Shown here piece after piece: positions 55,933-64,000 of a DNA stretch of 64,000 bases. A program made the position numbers and the translations under genes. The stretch comes from Candidatus Berkelbacteria bacterium (GTDB lineage Bacteria; Patescibacteriota; UBA1384; UBA12157). Below the pieces are notes generated by a model, which was not told the origin of the DNA, did no database searches, and was given only the letters and a program-made list of their open reading frames with translations. How positions within the stretch are numbered: position 1 is the first letter of the stretch; each line of letters opens with the position of its first letter. Location: positions 9,217 through 73,216 of the forward strand of contig JBAXXI010000001.1 in the NCBI GenBank assembly GCA_037127955.1, read 5' to 3'.

Positions 55933-56988
55933 TTAATTATTGAACTGAGTTGGTAATAAAACTTGTTTCAATGTTTCTAAATCTTCGAGAACAAAACCAG
56001 CTCCACGCACTACCGAAGTCAAAGGATCATCAGCAATATGAACCGAGGTCTGAGTACTCTCGGCGATCACTCGGTTCAACCCTTTAAGTAAAGCACCGCC
56101 GCCGGCCAAAACAATACCTTTATCCATAATGTCAGCTACCAATTCCGGCGGAGTTTCTTCCATAGTTTGACGCACCGCATCTACAATCTGACCAATCGAT
56201 TTCCTTAAAGCAGACCGAATCTGCTCGTCATCAACAATGATTTCTTTTGGTAAACCCGTCACCAAATCACGACCGCGCATCGGACAAGTCAAAACTTCTT
56301 TAAGCTCACAAGCTGAACCAATCTTCATTTTAATATCTTCGGCTGTACGCTCGCCTAACAACAAATTAAACTGATTACGTGCAAAATCAATAATATCTTG
56401 GTTAAGTTCATCGCCAGCGATACGCAAACTTCGACTAGCGACAATTCCACCAAGCGAAATGACCGCTACCTCAGTTGTACCGCCACCAATATCGACAATC
56501 ATATTACCGGTTGCCTCTTGAATCGGCAATCTAGCACCAATCGCCGCAGCCAAAGGCTCTTCGATTAAATAAACTTCGCGTGCCCCAGCATTAATTGCCG
56601 CTTCTTCCACGGCTCGTCGCTCCACCTCGGTCACGCCATAAGGAATACCAATCACCACTCGCGGTCTTGGTAGTAATGAAAATTTTTCATGATGAACTTT
56701 ATCAATAAAATATTTAAGCATCTGTTCGGTCACTTCAAAATCAGAAATAACACCATCAACCAATGGCCGAATAGCTACAATATGCGACGGAGTTCGACCA
56801 ACCATTTTTCGCGCTTCTTCACCAATAGCTAAAATTTGCTTAGTTTTTTGATTTATAGCCACAGTCGATGGTTCATTAATAACAATACCTTTATCTTTAA
56901 CATAAACCAAAGTATTGGCGGTACCTAAATCGATTCCGATATCATGACTAAAAGCGCTCCAAAATTTTTCTAAAAAATTGTATGCCAT
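55933..56988 (-). CDS. mreB: Actin-like rod shape-determining protein MreB
   Basis: GIDLGTANTLVYV, DIGGGTTEVAVIS, GGGALL motifs. 351 aa. Confidence 0.92.
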   Translation of the reverse strand: MAYNFLEKFWSAFSHDIGIDLGTANTLVYVKDKGIVINEPSTVAINQKTKQILAIGEEARKMVGRTPSHIVAIRPLVDGVISDFEVTEQMLKYFIDKVHHEKFSLLPRPRVVIGIPYGVTEVERRAVEEAAINAGAREVYLIEEPLAAAIGARLPIQEATGNMIVDIGGGTTEVAVISLGGIVASRSLRIAGDELNQDIIDFARNQFNLLLGERTAEDIKMKIGSACELKEVLTCPMRGRDLVTGLPKEIIVDDEQIRSALRKSIGQIVDAVRQTMEETPPELVADIMDKGIVLAGGGALLKGLNRVIAESTQTSVHIADDPLTSVVRGAGFVLEDLETLKQVLLPTQFNN

Positions 56989-57094
56989 ATTAATCTTTTC
57001 TATTTATCTATCATTTACCATACCAAAAAAATCGTGCTTCTTAAGGCCCCGCTCCTTAGATAAATCTTAACATCTATTCAATCAAATACCAAAT

Positions 57095-58078
57095 CTATTT
57101 GAGTTTAAAACTAGCAATAATCCCGGCGATATCTGAATCAAGCTTGAAATCTTCCGGAGCCCACTGAGCATGAGTCCAAGTAAAAACATATTTATCATTT
57201 TTTGTAATCAGAGAATCTTGCGGACCATCGCTTTTGACTACATCTTTCCATTGAGCCAAGGTATAAACACTTAAGGCAAATGGCGAATAATAATCTTTCA
57301 GATCAGTCGAATTACCATCTGTTGAAGACGGAAATTTAGTTGGCACATTAACATAGTAGGTTGCCGTAGCTCCCTCAATATTAGCCTCTTTGATTTTATA
57401 TTTTTCCCAACTTTTTGGAAAGGTTAAACTAAAACCATATTTTGAGTTAGTATAAATCTTAGAGGTTGTAGTAACAGAATCAATGAATTTAAAAGTGGAA
57501 AGAATTTGATTAAAATCTAAAATATCAACGCTGTTACTCGGGTTATCATACACACTAAAAAAATGCTCTTTATTAGGTGATTGAATTAAATATTCGCTCC
57601 TGCCCTCAATAGTCTTCAAAAACTTAGCGCTTATTTTACCATTTAAAGCTCTATCGACTACTTTAGTATTTTCGTTTTTTTCATTTTTACTAACCATATC
57701 GTCAAAAGAACTATAAATATCATTACCGGACATAATAGTTAGACCTAATTCACCACCGGCATGTTGAATAACTTTATGAGCCGAATCTAATATAATTATC
57801 TTTTTATTTATACTATCTTCTCTAATATCCCAATCACTTGGATACTCAAAACTAAAACCATATTTGTCGTTTTCATAAGTCTTTAAGTTGGAACTAGTCG
57901 CCCATTCATCGTTAAATTTTATATCAGTCGGTGCCGGGCTAATTGGCTCAAAATACACCGGTTCGTTAATTCTGCGGTAGACATAAAAGCCGCCAATCAG
58001 CACCAAGATTAACGATACAATTAACAGCCAAACTGGCAAGTGTAATTTATTTGGTTTTTGTTCCATTTTTTCCTCCAT
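57095..58078 (-). CDS. Hypothetical membrane-anchored extracytoplasmic protein with two repeated modules
   Basis: N-terminal TM, then two copies of a Y-x-N-x-KYGFS(F/L)x(Y/F)P-x-x-W module (YENDKYGFSFEYPSDW, YTNSKYGFSLTFPKSW). Confidence 0.4.
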   Translation of the reverse strand: MEEKMEQKPNKLHLPVWLLIVSLILVLIGGFYVYRRINEPVYFEPISPAPTDIKFNDEWATSSNLKTYENDKYGFSFEYPSDWDIREDSINKKIIILDSAHKVIQHAGGELGLTIMSGNDIYSSFDDMVSKNEKNENTKVVDRALNGKISAKFLKTIEGRSEYLIQSPNKEHFFSVYDNPSNSVDILDFNQILSTFKFIDSVTTTSKIYTNSKYGFSLTFPKSWEKYKIKEANIEGATATYYVNVPTKFPSSTDGNSTDLKDYYSPFALSVYTLAQWKDVVKSDGPQDSLITKNDKYVFTWTHAQWAPEDFKLDSDIAGIIASFKLK

Positions 58079-58087
58079 TATACAATA

Positions 58088-59341
58088 TTATTTTTTGACC
58101 ACACTGCTTTTAAAACTGTCGGCAATTTTTTGCGCTGTATCCAATTCGGCTTTAATTTTGCCTGAATAAGTACCTTTGATGATTTTATCAGATATCTCCT
58201 GGTAAGGCTCGCGAGTCGAGCAAACATCCTGATTAACCGAGGCCTGAAAATGCAAATAATCTAAAATTGACTGATCGCGATCAATTTCACTAGTCTCCAA
58301 ATTAATAATTAAGTTCGGGTAAATCGCATTGTTAGTCGGAACATAAATATTAATTTCAAAATCTGGGTAACAGGCATGATCAGCATGCGTAACAACTAAA
58401 AGCGCGTTATTGCCCAGCTTTTCATAACCAGTCACCCAGTCTTTCGGCTTCATGTTTGCCAAAAAATCTTCTTTAGCCCAAGCTAAATTCACTTTTTGAC
58501 CAACTGGCAAAGCTAGTACGCCATTGGCAAAATCGGCCGAATAAATATTAAAACCAAAAACATTGTCCGGATCGAAAAATACGGGCTGAGAACTGTCACT
58601 TCTGTACAAACTCGAAAAAGCAGAGCCTTTATTAATGGCATTTTTTTCAATTGGCGTTAAAACAATATCTTGCCATGAGCCAGGATAAGTAAATTCAAAA
58701 CCTAATTCTTTATTAATAAAAGTTTTTTGCTTAACCGGCAAAACTGAAGCTACAACAACAGGATTAATTTTAAAAGTTCCAAGCATGGCATTAAATTTAT
58801 CGGTTTTTAAATTAATATTTTGCTTTAAATGGTAAACTTTACCATCTTTCAAAATAAAACGTTCTTCAAGTCCACAATCAGAGCTAGCGCAACTAGTTTT
58901 AATCTTATAAGCCTTGTCGGAGCCAATCATGATTTCAGTTTTTTGATATTGAGTGTTTGGATAAAAAGCTTTAACAACATCGTCAATTGACCCAGTCCCA
59001 AAACCATCTTTTACCTCAATGGTCAAAGCGGCAATATGAACATTTTGATCATTTTGCGGTTGAATATAAACCTTGGCTGGATCACTATCGAGCACAAACC
59101 AATTATTCATATATTTAAGACTGTAATTATATTTTTGATTATTATAAATCTGCCAATCAGCTACATTATTTTCGTTCGGCACATTTACGATCATTCCAAC
59201 CGAATCAGCCTTAACTCGATTCTGTCGTAAAGATACCACGGTTAAAAACACTATAAAAATAGCAACGATTAAAACTAAAGTCCAAATCAGCCACTTTCTT
59301 ACCGGTTTAGATTGTTCTGGACCAAAAAACCCCTCTTCCAA
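58088..59341 (-). CDS. Hypothetical membrane-anchored extracytoplasmic protein, paralogous to the neighbouring gene
   Basis: N-terminal TM and related modules (YNNQKYNYSLKYMNNW, FINKELGFEFTYPGSW). Confidence 0.4.
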   Translation of the reverse strand: MEEGFFGPEQSKPVRKWLIWTLVLIVAIFIVFLTVVSLRQNRVKADSVGMIVNVPNENNVADWQIYNNQKYNYSLKYMNNWFVLDSDPAKVYIQPQNDQNVHIAALTIEVKDGFGTGSIDDVVKAFYPNTQYQKTEIMIGSDKAYKIKTSCASSDCGLEERFILKDGKVYHLKQNINLKTDKFNAMLGTFKINPVVVASVLPVKQKTFINKELGFEFTYPGSWQDIVLTPIEKNAINKGSAFSSLYRSDSSQPVFFDPDNVFGFNIYSADFANGVLALPVGQKVNLAWAKEDFLANMKPKDWVTGYEKLGNNALLVVTHADHACYPDFEINIYVPTNNAIYPNLIINLETSEIDRDQSILDYLHFQASVNQDVCSTREPYQEISDKIIKGTYSGKIKAELDTAQKIADSFKSSVVKK

Positions 59342-59352
59342 AATCCACTCCT

Positions 59353-60285
59353 TTAACGATATTTTTGTAAATTTGCTAAATGTTCGTCATAAGTCTTACT
59401 AAAAACTGATTGACCATCAGACTTATTAAAAAAATAAAAATAATTTGTTTTAGCCGGATTAATCACCGCTTTGATTGATTTTAATCCAGGATTAGAAATC
59501 GGAGTTGGCGGCAGCCCGGCATGTAAGTAAGTATTGTATGGCGATTGAAAATTTTTATAATCCACCTTTAAAATTGGCGCCCAATCACCTTTGCCATACT
59601 GAATAGTTGGATCGGAATCAAGTTTCATGCCAATCGACAAACGATTTAAATAAACACTAGCAATAGACGCTCGATCAGAATCTAATTTTGACTCTCGCTC
59701 AACAATAGATGCAATAATCAATGTCTGCTGATCGATTTTCAAACCTGATGTTTTCTTGGTAAAATTATCCAACATAATTTGTTCTATACCTTGAGCGGTC
59801 GAACCAACTGGCAATCTATAAGTATCTGGAAAAAGATAACCTTCCTTTGCACCAGCAACCTTTAGAAATTCGCCTTTTTTTAAAATATTTTTTTGAGCTA
59901 GCAATTCGTCTATTTGACTAGCACGCCAGCCTTCCGGAATCGTAATTAAATACTCTTCAACACGACCCGAATGAATCATAGTGGCAATTTGAGCAAGATT
60001 CATGTTTGCCTTAATACGATAAACACCATTTTGTAGATACCAGTGCCTCAAATAAACAAAACCCGAAAAAAATAAATCCGAACTAATCAATTTCTCTTTT
60101 TGCAAATTTTTAGCAATCTGCCTTGTACCGGTACCACTATCAACAATAAACAAGGTTTCACGTCCGGCTTTGTGCCAAAAAACAACATTCATGCACAATA
60201 AGATTAAGATTGTGCAAATCAAAACCACAACTATTGGCAATATCGTTTTTTTAGAAATTACAAATTTTAAAATTGGAATTTTCAT
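59353..60285 (-). CDS. mltG: Endolytic murein transglycosylase MltG (YceG-like)
   Basis: N-terminal TM. YceG domain with GLPPTPISNPG and the conserved EGYLFPDTY block. Confidence 0.85.
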   Translation of the reverse strand: MKIPILKFVISKKTILPIVVVLICTILILLCMNVVFWHKAGRETLFIVDSGTGTRQIAKNLQKEKLISSDLFFSGFVYLRHWYLQNGVYRIKANMNLAQIATMIHSGRVEEYLITIPEGWRASQIDELLAQKNILKKGEFLKVAGAKEGYLFPDTYRLPVGSTAQGIEQIMLDNFTKKTSGLKIDQQTLIIASIVERESKLDSDRASIASVYLNRLSIGMKLDSDPTIQYGKGDWAPILKVDYKNFQSPYNTYLHAGLPPTPISNPGLKSIKAVINPAKTNYFYFFNKSDGQSVFSKTYDEHLANLQKYR

Positions 60286-60677
60286 TGTCCTAAATATTGC
60301 TCAAGGATTAATTTAGCGCTAATCCTATCAATCTCTCGTTTATATTTAACTGATTTGATATCAATTTTTAAGCCACTTAAAATTCGCTCTGATTCCTTGC
60401 TAGTCAAAGTTTCATCTACAAACTCGATTGGAATAGGCAATAATTTATTAATCTCTAAAGCAAAACTTCTCACCATATCCTCGGCTTCTCCAGACTTGCT
60501 TTTTGGCAATCCTAATACGATCATCTCGATTTGTTCCTCACGACAAATTTTCAAAATCCGCTGAATCGCCTCATCCCGACTCCAATATTCAATTGTATCT
60601 TGAGAAGCAACGGTTTTTCCATCCGAAAGCGCTACGCCAATCCTTCTTAAACCTAAATCTAAACTCAATATTCTCAT
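60282..60677 (-). CDS. ruvX: Holliday-junction resolvase-like RNase RuvX/YqgF
   Basis: MRILSLDLGLRRIGVALSD N-terminus, RNase H-like fold. 131 aa. Confidence 0.88.
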   Translation of the reverse strand: MRILSLDLGLRRIGVALSDGKTVASQDTIEYWSRDEAIQRILKICREEQIEMIVLGLPKSKSGEAEDMVRSFALEINKLLPIPIEFVDETLTSKESERILSGLKIDIKSVKYKREIDRISAKLILEQYLGQ

Positions 60678-60679
60678 AA

Positions 60680-62335
60680 TTATTCTGTCCCGACTCCTGT
60701 TGTATAATTAATTTTCACTTTTACATTATTTGATAAACTCGATACCTTTTTCCAAAAAGCTGGTCTGAAATTAAACGTGACCTTCTCAACTCCCGGCTGA
60801 CTTGAAACAAAATCAGACGCCGCAGACTCACTCTTACCGATAATACCATTTTTTATAACATCTTGTGAAATTTTTGGAGCGATTTTAGCGATTACATTAG
60901 TCGTTACATCCAACTCACCCTTATCATAAGACTGCTTATCAATCACTAAATTAATATCATCAGTCGAATTAATTGCTACCATTTTATCTACAGTAACCTG
61001 CTTTGAAAGTGTTTGAATCAAGAAATCAACAAATTTAGAATTATCATAAGCCATAACTTGCTTTTTTAATTTCACAGTTAATTCAAATTCAGTCGCTTCC
61101 TGATCAATACTTGAACTACTCGACACTTCTGGATCAGGAATGACTGCAGCCTTATCGATCAAAACTAAGCCCTTACTTTTAGTTTTTAAATCTTGATCAA
61201 GACTAGCCGTCAAACTATCTGTCACAGATTTCAAGGCATTATTATAATCATCTTTGGAAACGACTTGAACTTCTTTAGTAAAGCCACCTTTTAGATCATT
61301 AGCAGACTGACCATAAATCGCGGCTTGTTGATTAGCTGGCAAGCCAGCAATAACAAATTTACCAGCTTTAATATTATAATCTTCACCAGCATTTTCAGCT
61401 TCTACGTCGACAGTTGCGCTACCAGGCACAACTTGTAAATTTTGAACGGTCGCGCCAGGCAATAAAATGGCTGTTTTAGTTAAGAAAGTTTTATTTTGTG
61501 CCAATAACTTTGTCCCAGCCGGATACTTATGATTTAACGAATCCAAACCGTTATAAAGCATTATTGTACCAGTTGCTTTACCACCAAGATTTTTTTTGCC
61601 AGTTGCCGTAAATTTCTGAGTATCGCTCACCTCTGCCTCAACCAAAACACCACTAAAAACGCCCTGATCTATATCTGAAGTTTTAGCCGAAGTTGTAAAA
61701 ACTACAGGTAAAGATTTTTTTAAGTCGTCCGATTTAACAAAAACCTGAACATCAACAGCCGGCCAAAGCAAATAAGCACCAAATAAACCTAAAATGGCGA
61801 TTATGACCAAAATCGGCCAAATAACAGCTTTAGCCCGATGATCTATCTCGTGGATTGGATTTTTTATTACATTTTTTTCAGACTTTTTTTCTTGTTGTAT
61901 CACCGGTTTTTGACGAGATTTCCATTTTATGATCGGTCTATCTTCTTGAAAATGACGAACATTTAATTCACGGCGAGCACTGGGTCGTTCCGCCGATTCG
62001 CTAGCAGGCGAATGACTGTCGATTTCCAAAACTTCATCTTGATTTTTATCTGGCTTGACAGACTGCATTACTGGTCTTTCTTGCTTAACTGAATTATAAA
62101 CCGGTAAACCGACTTGAGCGGCCAAATTACTACCGATTTGATCTGTTGTCACAATCGCAATTTCTTTACCTAAAACCTCGGCTTCTTTGGCTAGCAACCT
62201 TAAATTGACCACACTTTGCAAAAGTGTCGCTCCTCGAGGTACCACTAAACCTAAATGCTTATTTTGAGCATTTTTCATCTTGTCTATAACCGAGGTTATC
62301 TCTTCGTCTGGTTCTAGATAAATAATTTCATCCAT
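60680..62335 (-). CDS. Hypothetical bitopic membrane protein (551 aa) with a cytoplasmic N-terminal domain and a large extracytoplasmic region
   Basis: About 170-aa N-terminal domain, one TM (AVIWPILVIIAILGLFGAYLLW), and roughly 360 aa of beta-rich S/T/K-rich sequence. Sits between the ftsA-like gene and ruvX. Confidence 0.4.
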   Translation of the reverse strand: MDEIIYLEPDEEITSVIDKMKNAQNKHLGLVVPRGATLLQSVVNLRLLAKEAEVLGKEIAIVTTDQIGSNLAAQVGLPVYNSVKQERPVMQSVKPDKNQDEVLEIDSHSPASESAERPSARRELNVRHFQEDRPIIKWKSRQKPVIQQEKKSEKNVIKNPIHEIDHRAKAVIWPILVIIAILGLFGAYLLWPAVDVQVFVKSDDLKKSLPVVFTTSAKTSDIDQGVFSGVLVEAEVSDTQKFTATGKKNLGGKATGTIMLYNGLDSLNHKYPAGTKLLAQNKTFLTKTAILLPGATVQNLQVVPGSATVDVEAENAGEDYNIKAGKFVIAGLPANQQAAIYGQSANDLKGGFTKEVQVVSKDDYNNALKSVTDSLTASLDQDLKTKSKGLVLIDKAAVIPDPEVSSSSSIDQEATEFELTVKLKKQVMAYDNSKFVDFLIQTLSKQVTVDKMVAINSTDDINLVIDKQSYDKGELDVTTNVIAKIAPKISQDVIKNGIIGKSESAASDFVSSQPGVEKVTFNFRPAFWKKVSSLSNNVKVKINYTTGVGTE

Positions 62336-62359
62336 TCGATTAATTCTCCAACTAACAAT

Positions 62360-63646
62360 TTATTCTCTTAAACTAGCCACAATTCGATTTAAAACTGAAT
62401 CCATGGCCCCTTCTTGACCGACTAAATCGATCGCCATATTAGCCAAACTCATTGGTGTAATATCCCAAAGATGAGTCAAATCACCAGTCTGATCAATAAT
62501 ATTTTCTACATCTTGAGGCTTGATAAAATGAACCGTGGGTCGTCTAGCAAAAGGTAAATTTTTATTCCATTCGGCTTTTTCTAAGGTTCGAGCTAGATCT
62601 GGCAAATTTGAGCCACCACCGCACATTAAAATTCTTGAAGGCAAAAGTTCAATATTAGAAAATTCTTCTAAAGTTAGCTCGACACCCGAAAGCCAAACCT
62701 GACAATCTGTCTCCAAGCCTTTTTTAATTAATTTCATATCGCTTTCATCAAGCACGCCGGCAGAATATTTTATCTTTAAATCTTCCGCCTCTTCAAAAGA
62801 AACACCCATAATCGTGCCGATCCTTTTTGTAAAAGACCGACCACCGAGCGCGAACATTTTAGTCCCCTCAACACCACCTTGACGAACTACAGCGATGTCG
62901 GTAGTACCACCACCAATATCAACAAAAATAGCTGAAAATTCTGTCGATTCCTTTGGACCAACAGATTTAGCCAAAGCGTAAGGATCAGCCACCACGCTCA
63001 ATAAATCTAAACCAAGCTCATCCGCAATTGTTTGCATAGCTCCAAGATGAACAATCGGCGCAAAAGCATTAAAAACACCGACTTGCATCTCCCTACCCTG
63101 AAAACCCAACGGATTAGTTACTTTATAACCGTCAATTTTAACATCCACGACAGCCGCATTAACCAATTTGACATCAATTTCAGCGTGACCAGTTTCCCAA
63201 GAAAGAATCTGACGTGCCCGGTCAAAAGCCCGTCGTTGAACCTTGCTAATAATATCTTTTAGTTCTTCAAGTGTAATATTTGTCTTTGGATTAGGTCTGG
63301 TATATTTAATAGTTGTGGTATTACCCTTGACCAACTCGCCGGCAATTCCCATGATCACTTGGGTTGGCATCACTCCAGCCTGTTCGGCTGCACGTTCAAG
63401 AGATTTCTTGCAATTTTGGACTACACCATGAATATCAGTCACTGAACCACCCTGCATATCAGATAATCGCTGACGCTGACGGCCAGTACCCATGACCAAA
63501 CCCTTACCATCTTCAACCTTAAAAATCAGAGATTTTGCGTACTCTGTTCCTATATCGAGTGCAATCGCATAATTATCATCTGTATTTTGATTAGAAAAAA
63601 AATCGAAAATGCCCAATTGTCTCCTCCTTGAAAAGTATAAATACAC
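62360..63646 (-). CDS. ftsA: Actin-like ATPase, FtsA-like cell division protein
   Basis: ALDIGTEYAKSL (phosphate 1), DIGGGTTDIAVV (phosphate 2), MCGGGSNLP (adenosine motif). Confidence 0.65.
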   Translation of the reverse strand: MYLYFSRRRQLGIFDFFSNQNTDDNYAIALDIGTEYAKSLIFKVEDGKGLVMGTGRQRQRLSDMQGGSVTDIHGVVQNCKKSLERAAEQAGVMPTQVIMGIAGELVKGNTTTIKYTRPNPKTNITLEELKDIISKVQRRAFDRARQILSWETGHAEIDVKLVNAAVVDVKIDGYKVTNPLGFQGREMQVGVFNAFAPIVHLGAMQTIADELGLDLLSVVADPYALAKSVGPKESTEFSAIFVDIGGGTTDIAVVRQGGVEGTKMFALGGRSFTKRIGTIMGVSFEEAEDLKIKYSAGVLDESDMKLIKKGLETDCQVWLSGVELTLEEFSNIELLPSRILMCGGGSNLPDLARTLEKAEWNKNLPFARRPTVHFIKPQDVENIIDQTGDLTHLWDITPMSLANMAIDLVGQEGAMDSVLNRIVASLRE

Positions 63647-63748
63647 GAAAAATCGGAAATACTTCCCTTCTTTATTAGTATAACACGTTTCGCAAACAAC
63701 AAAAACCGACCATTTTGGTCGATTTTAATATTTACCTTGATTTTGAAT

Positions 63749-64000
63749 TTATTCGAGTATAGCCTTGATTCTACGAATACCAGATGAAGACGACTCTTCT
63801 TTCAAAATCTTAAAATGCCCTAAACCACCCGTATGTTCAACATGTGGACCGCCGCACATTTCAGTTGAAAAATCGCCAATTTTATAAACTTTCACTTCCT
63901 CGCCATATTTACTGGAAAATTCCCCCATAGCACCACAGGCTTGCGCATCTTCAAGTCTCATTTCGGTCATACTGACAGGCAAATCCTCTTGAATTTTTTG
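63749..64000 (-). CDS. alaS: Alanyl-tRNA synthetase C-terminal editing region, or AlaX-like, 3' end; gene continues past the window end
   Basis: KYGEEVKVYKIGDFSTEMCGGPHVEHTGGLGHFKILKEESSSSGIRRIKA matches the AlaRS/AlaX editing-domain block (CGGTHV...GxFKI...GVRRIEA). The reading frame stays open to the window edge; the track ORF begins at an internal TTG. Confidence 0.65.
   Translation of the reverse strand, partial: QKIQEDLPVSMTEMRLEDAQACGAMGEFSSKYGEEVKVYKIGDFSTEMCGGPHVEHTGGLGHFKILKEESSSSGIRRIKAILE

Overview
This is a low-GC (~35%) bacterial chromosomal segment, gene-dense and mostly minus-strand. Its content is typical of a small-genome, CPR/Patescibacteria-like bacterium: class I LysRS, a short pyruvate kinase, a minimal TsaB, and many tRNAs with encoded CCA. 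The main blocks, in order:

- **Defense island (1..~9100).** A five-gene operon runs small 99-aa ORF -> DUF262/DUF1524 (GmrSD-like) -> hsdR -> hsdM -> hsdS (partial) with overlapping stop/start codons. Next to it are a single-HKD PLD-family nuclease-like protein with a C-terminal TM anchor, small ORFs and an XRE regulator.
- **Housekeeping and envelope genes (9281..15354).** DEAD-box helicase, pilin-like protein, ZIP transporter, secreted hydrolase-like protein, acyltransferase-3, cyclophilin.
- **Copper homeostasis operon (15472..19609).** csoR, a DsbD-like membrane protein fused to a cupredoxin-like domain, copA, a glutaredoxin-like protein and an FTR-like protein, ending in a clear terminator.
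- **bipA, glgC-like and pyk with tRNAs (19616..24705).** tRNA-His, and a cluster of tRNA-Arg, tRNA-Gly(TCC) and tRNA-Pro.
- **GT2, then an unusual tRNA locus (24751..26892).** tRNA-Thr sits next to a roughly 175-nt interrupted tRNA-Gly(CCC)-like gene whose insertion carries a second complete tRNA-Gly(CCC) inside a 19-bp extended helix.
- **Possible small islet (26945..29553).** It is bounded on the other side by tRNA-Asp, a 23-bp duplicate of the tRNA-Asp 3' end, and stacked hairpins.
- **Envelope genes (30010..41507).** Parvulin, LCP, pyrB, tsaB/tsaE, a protein with two lamin-tail domains, a bPH membrane protein, and ftsE-ftsX plus a PcsB-like coiled-coil/cysteine-peptidase protein.
- **Core functions (41554..52595).** PolX, GNAT, two NUDIX genes, a DUF1653-like gene, secA, hpf, serS, class I lysS, greA.
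- **Cell shape and division (52702..64000).** mreBCD-pbp2, two paralogous secreted proteins, and mltG-ruvX with an ftsA-like gene plus a 551-aa membrane protein inserted before alaS (partial at the window end).

I saw no CRISPR array, rRNA or obvious transposase.
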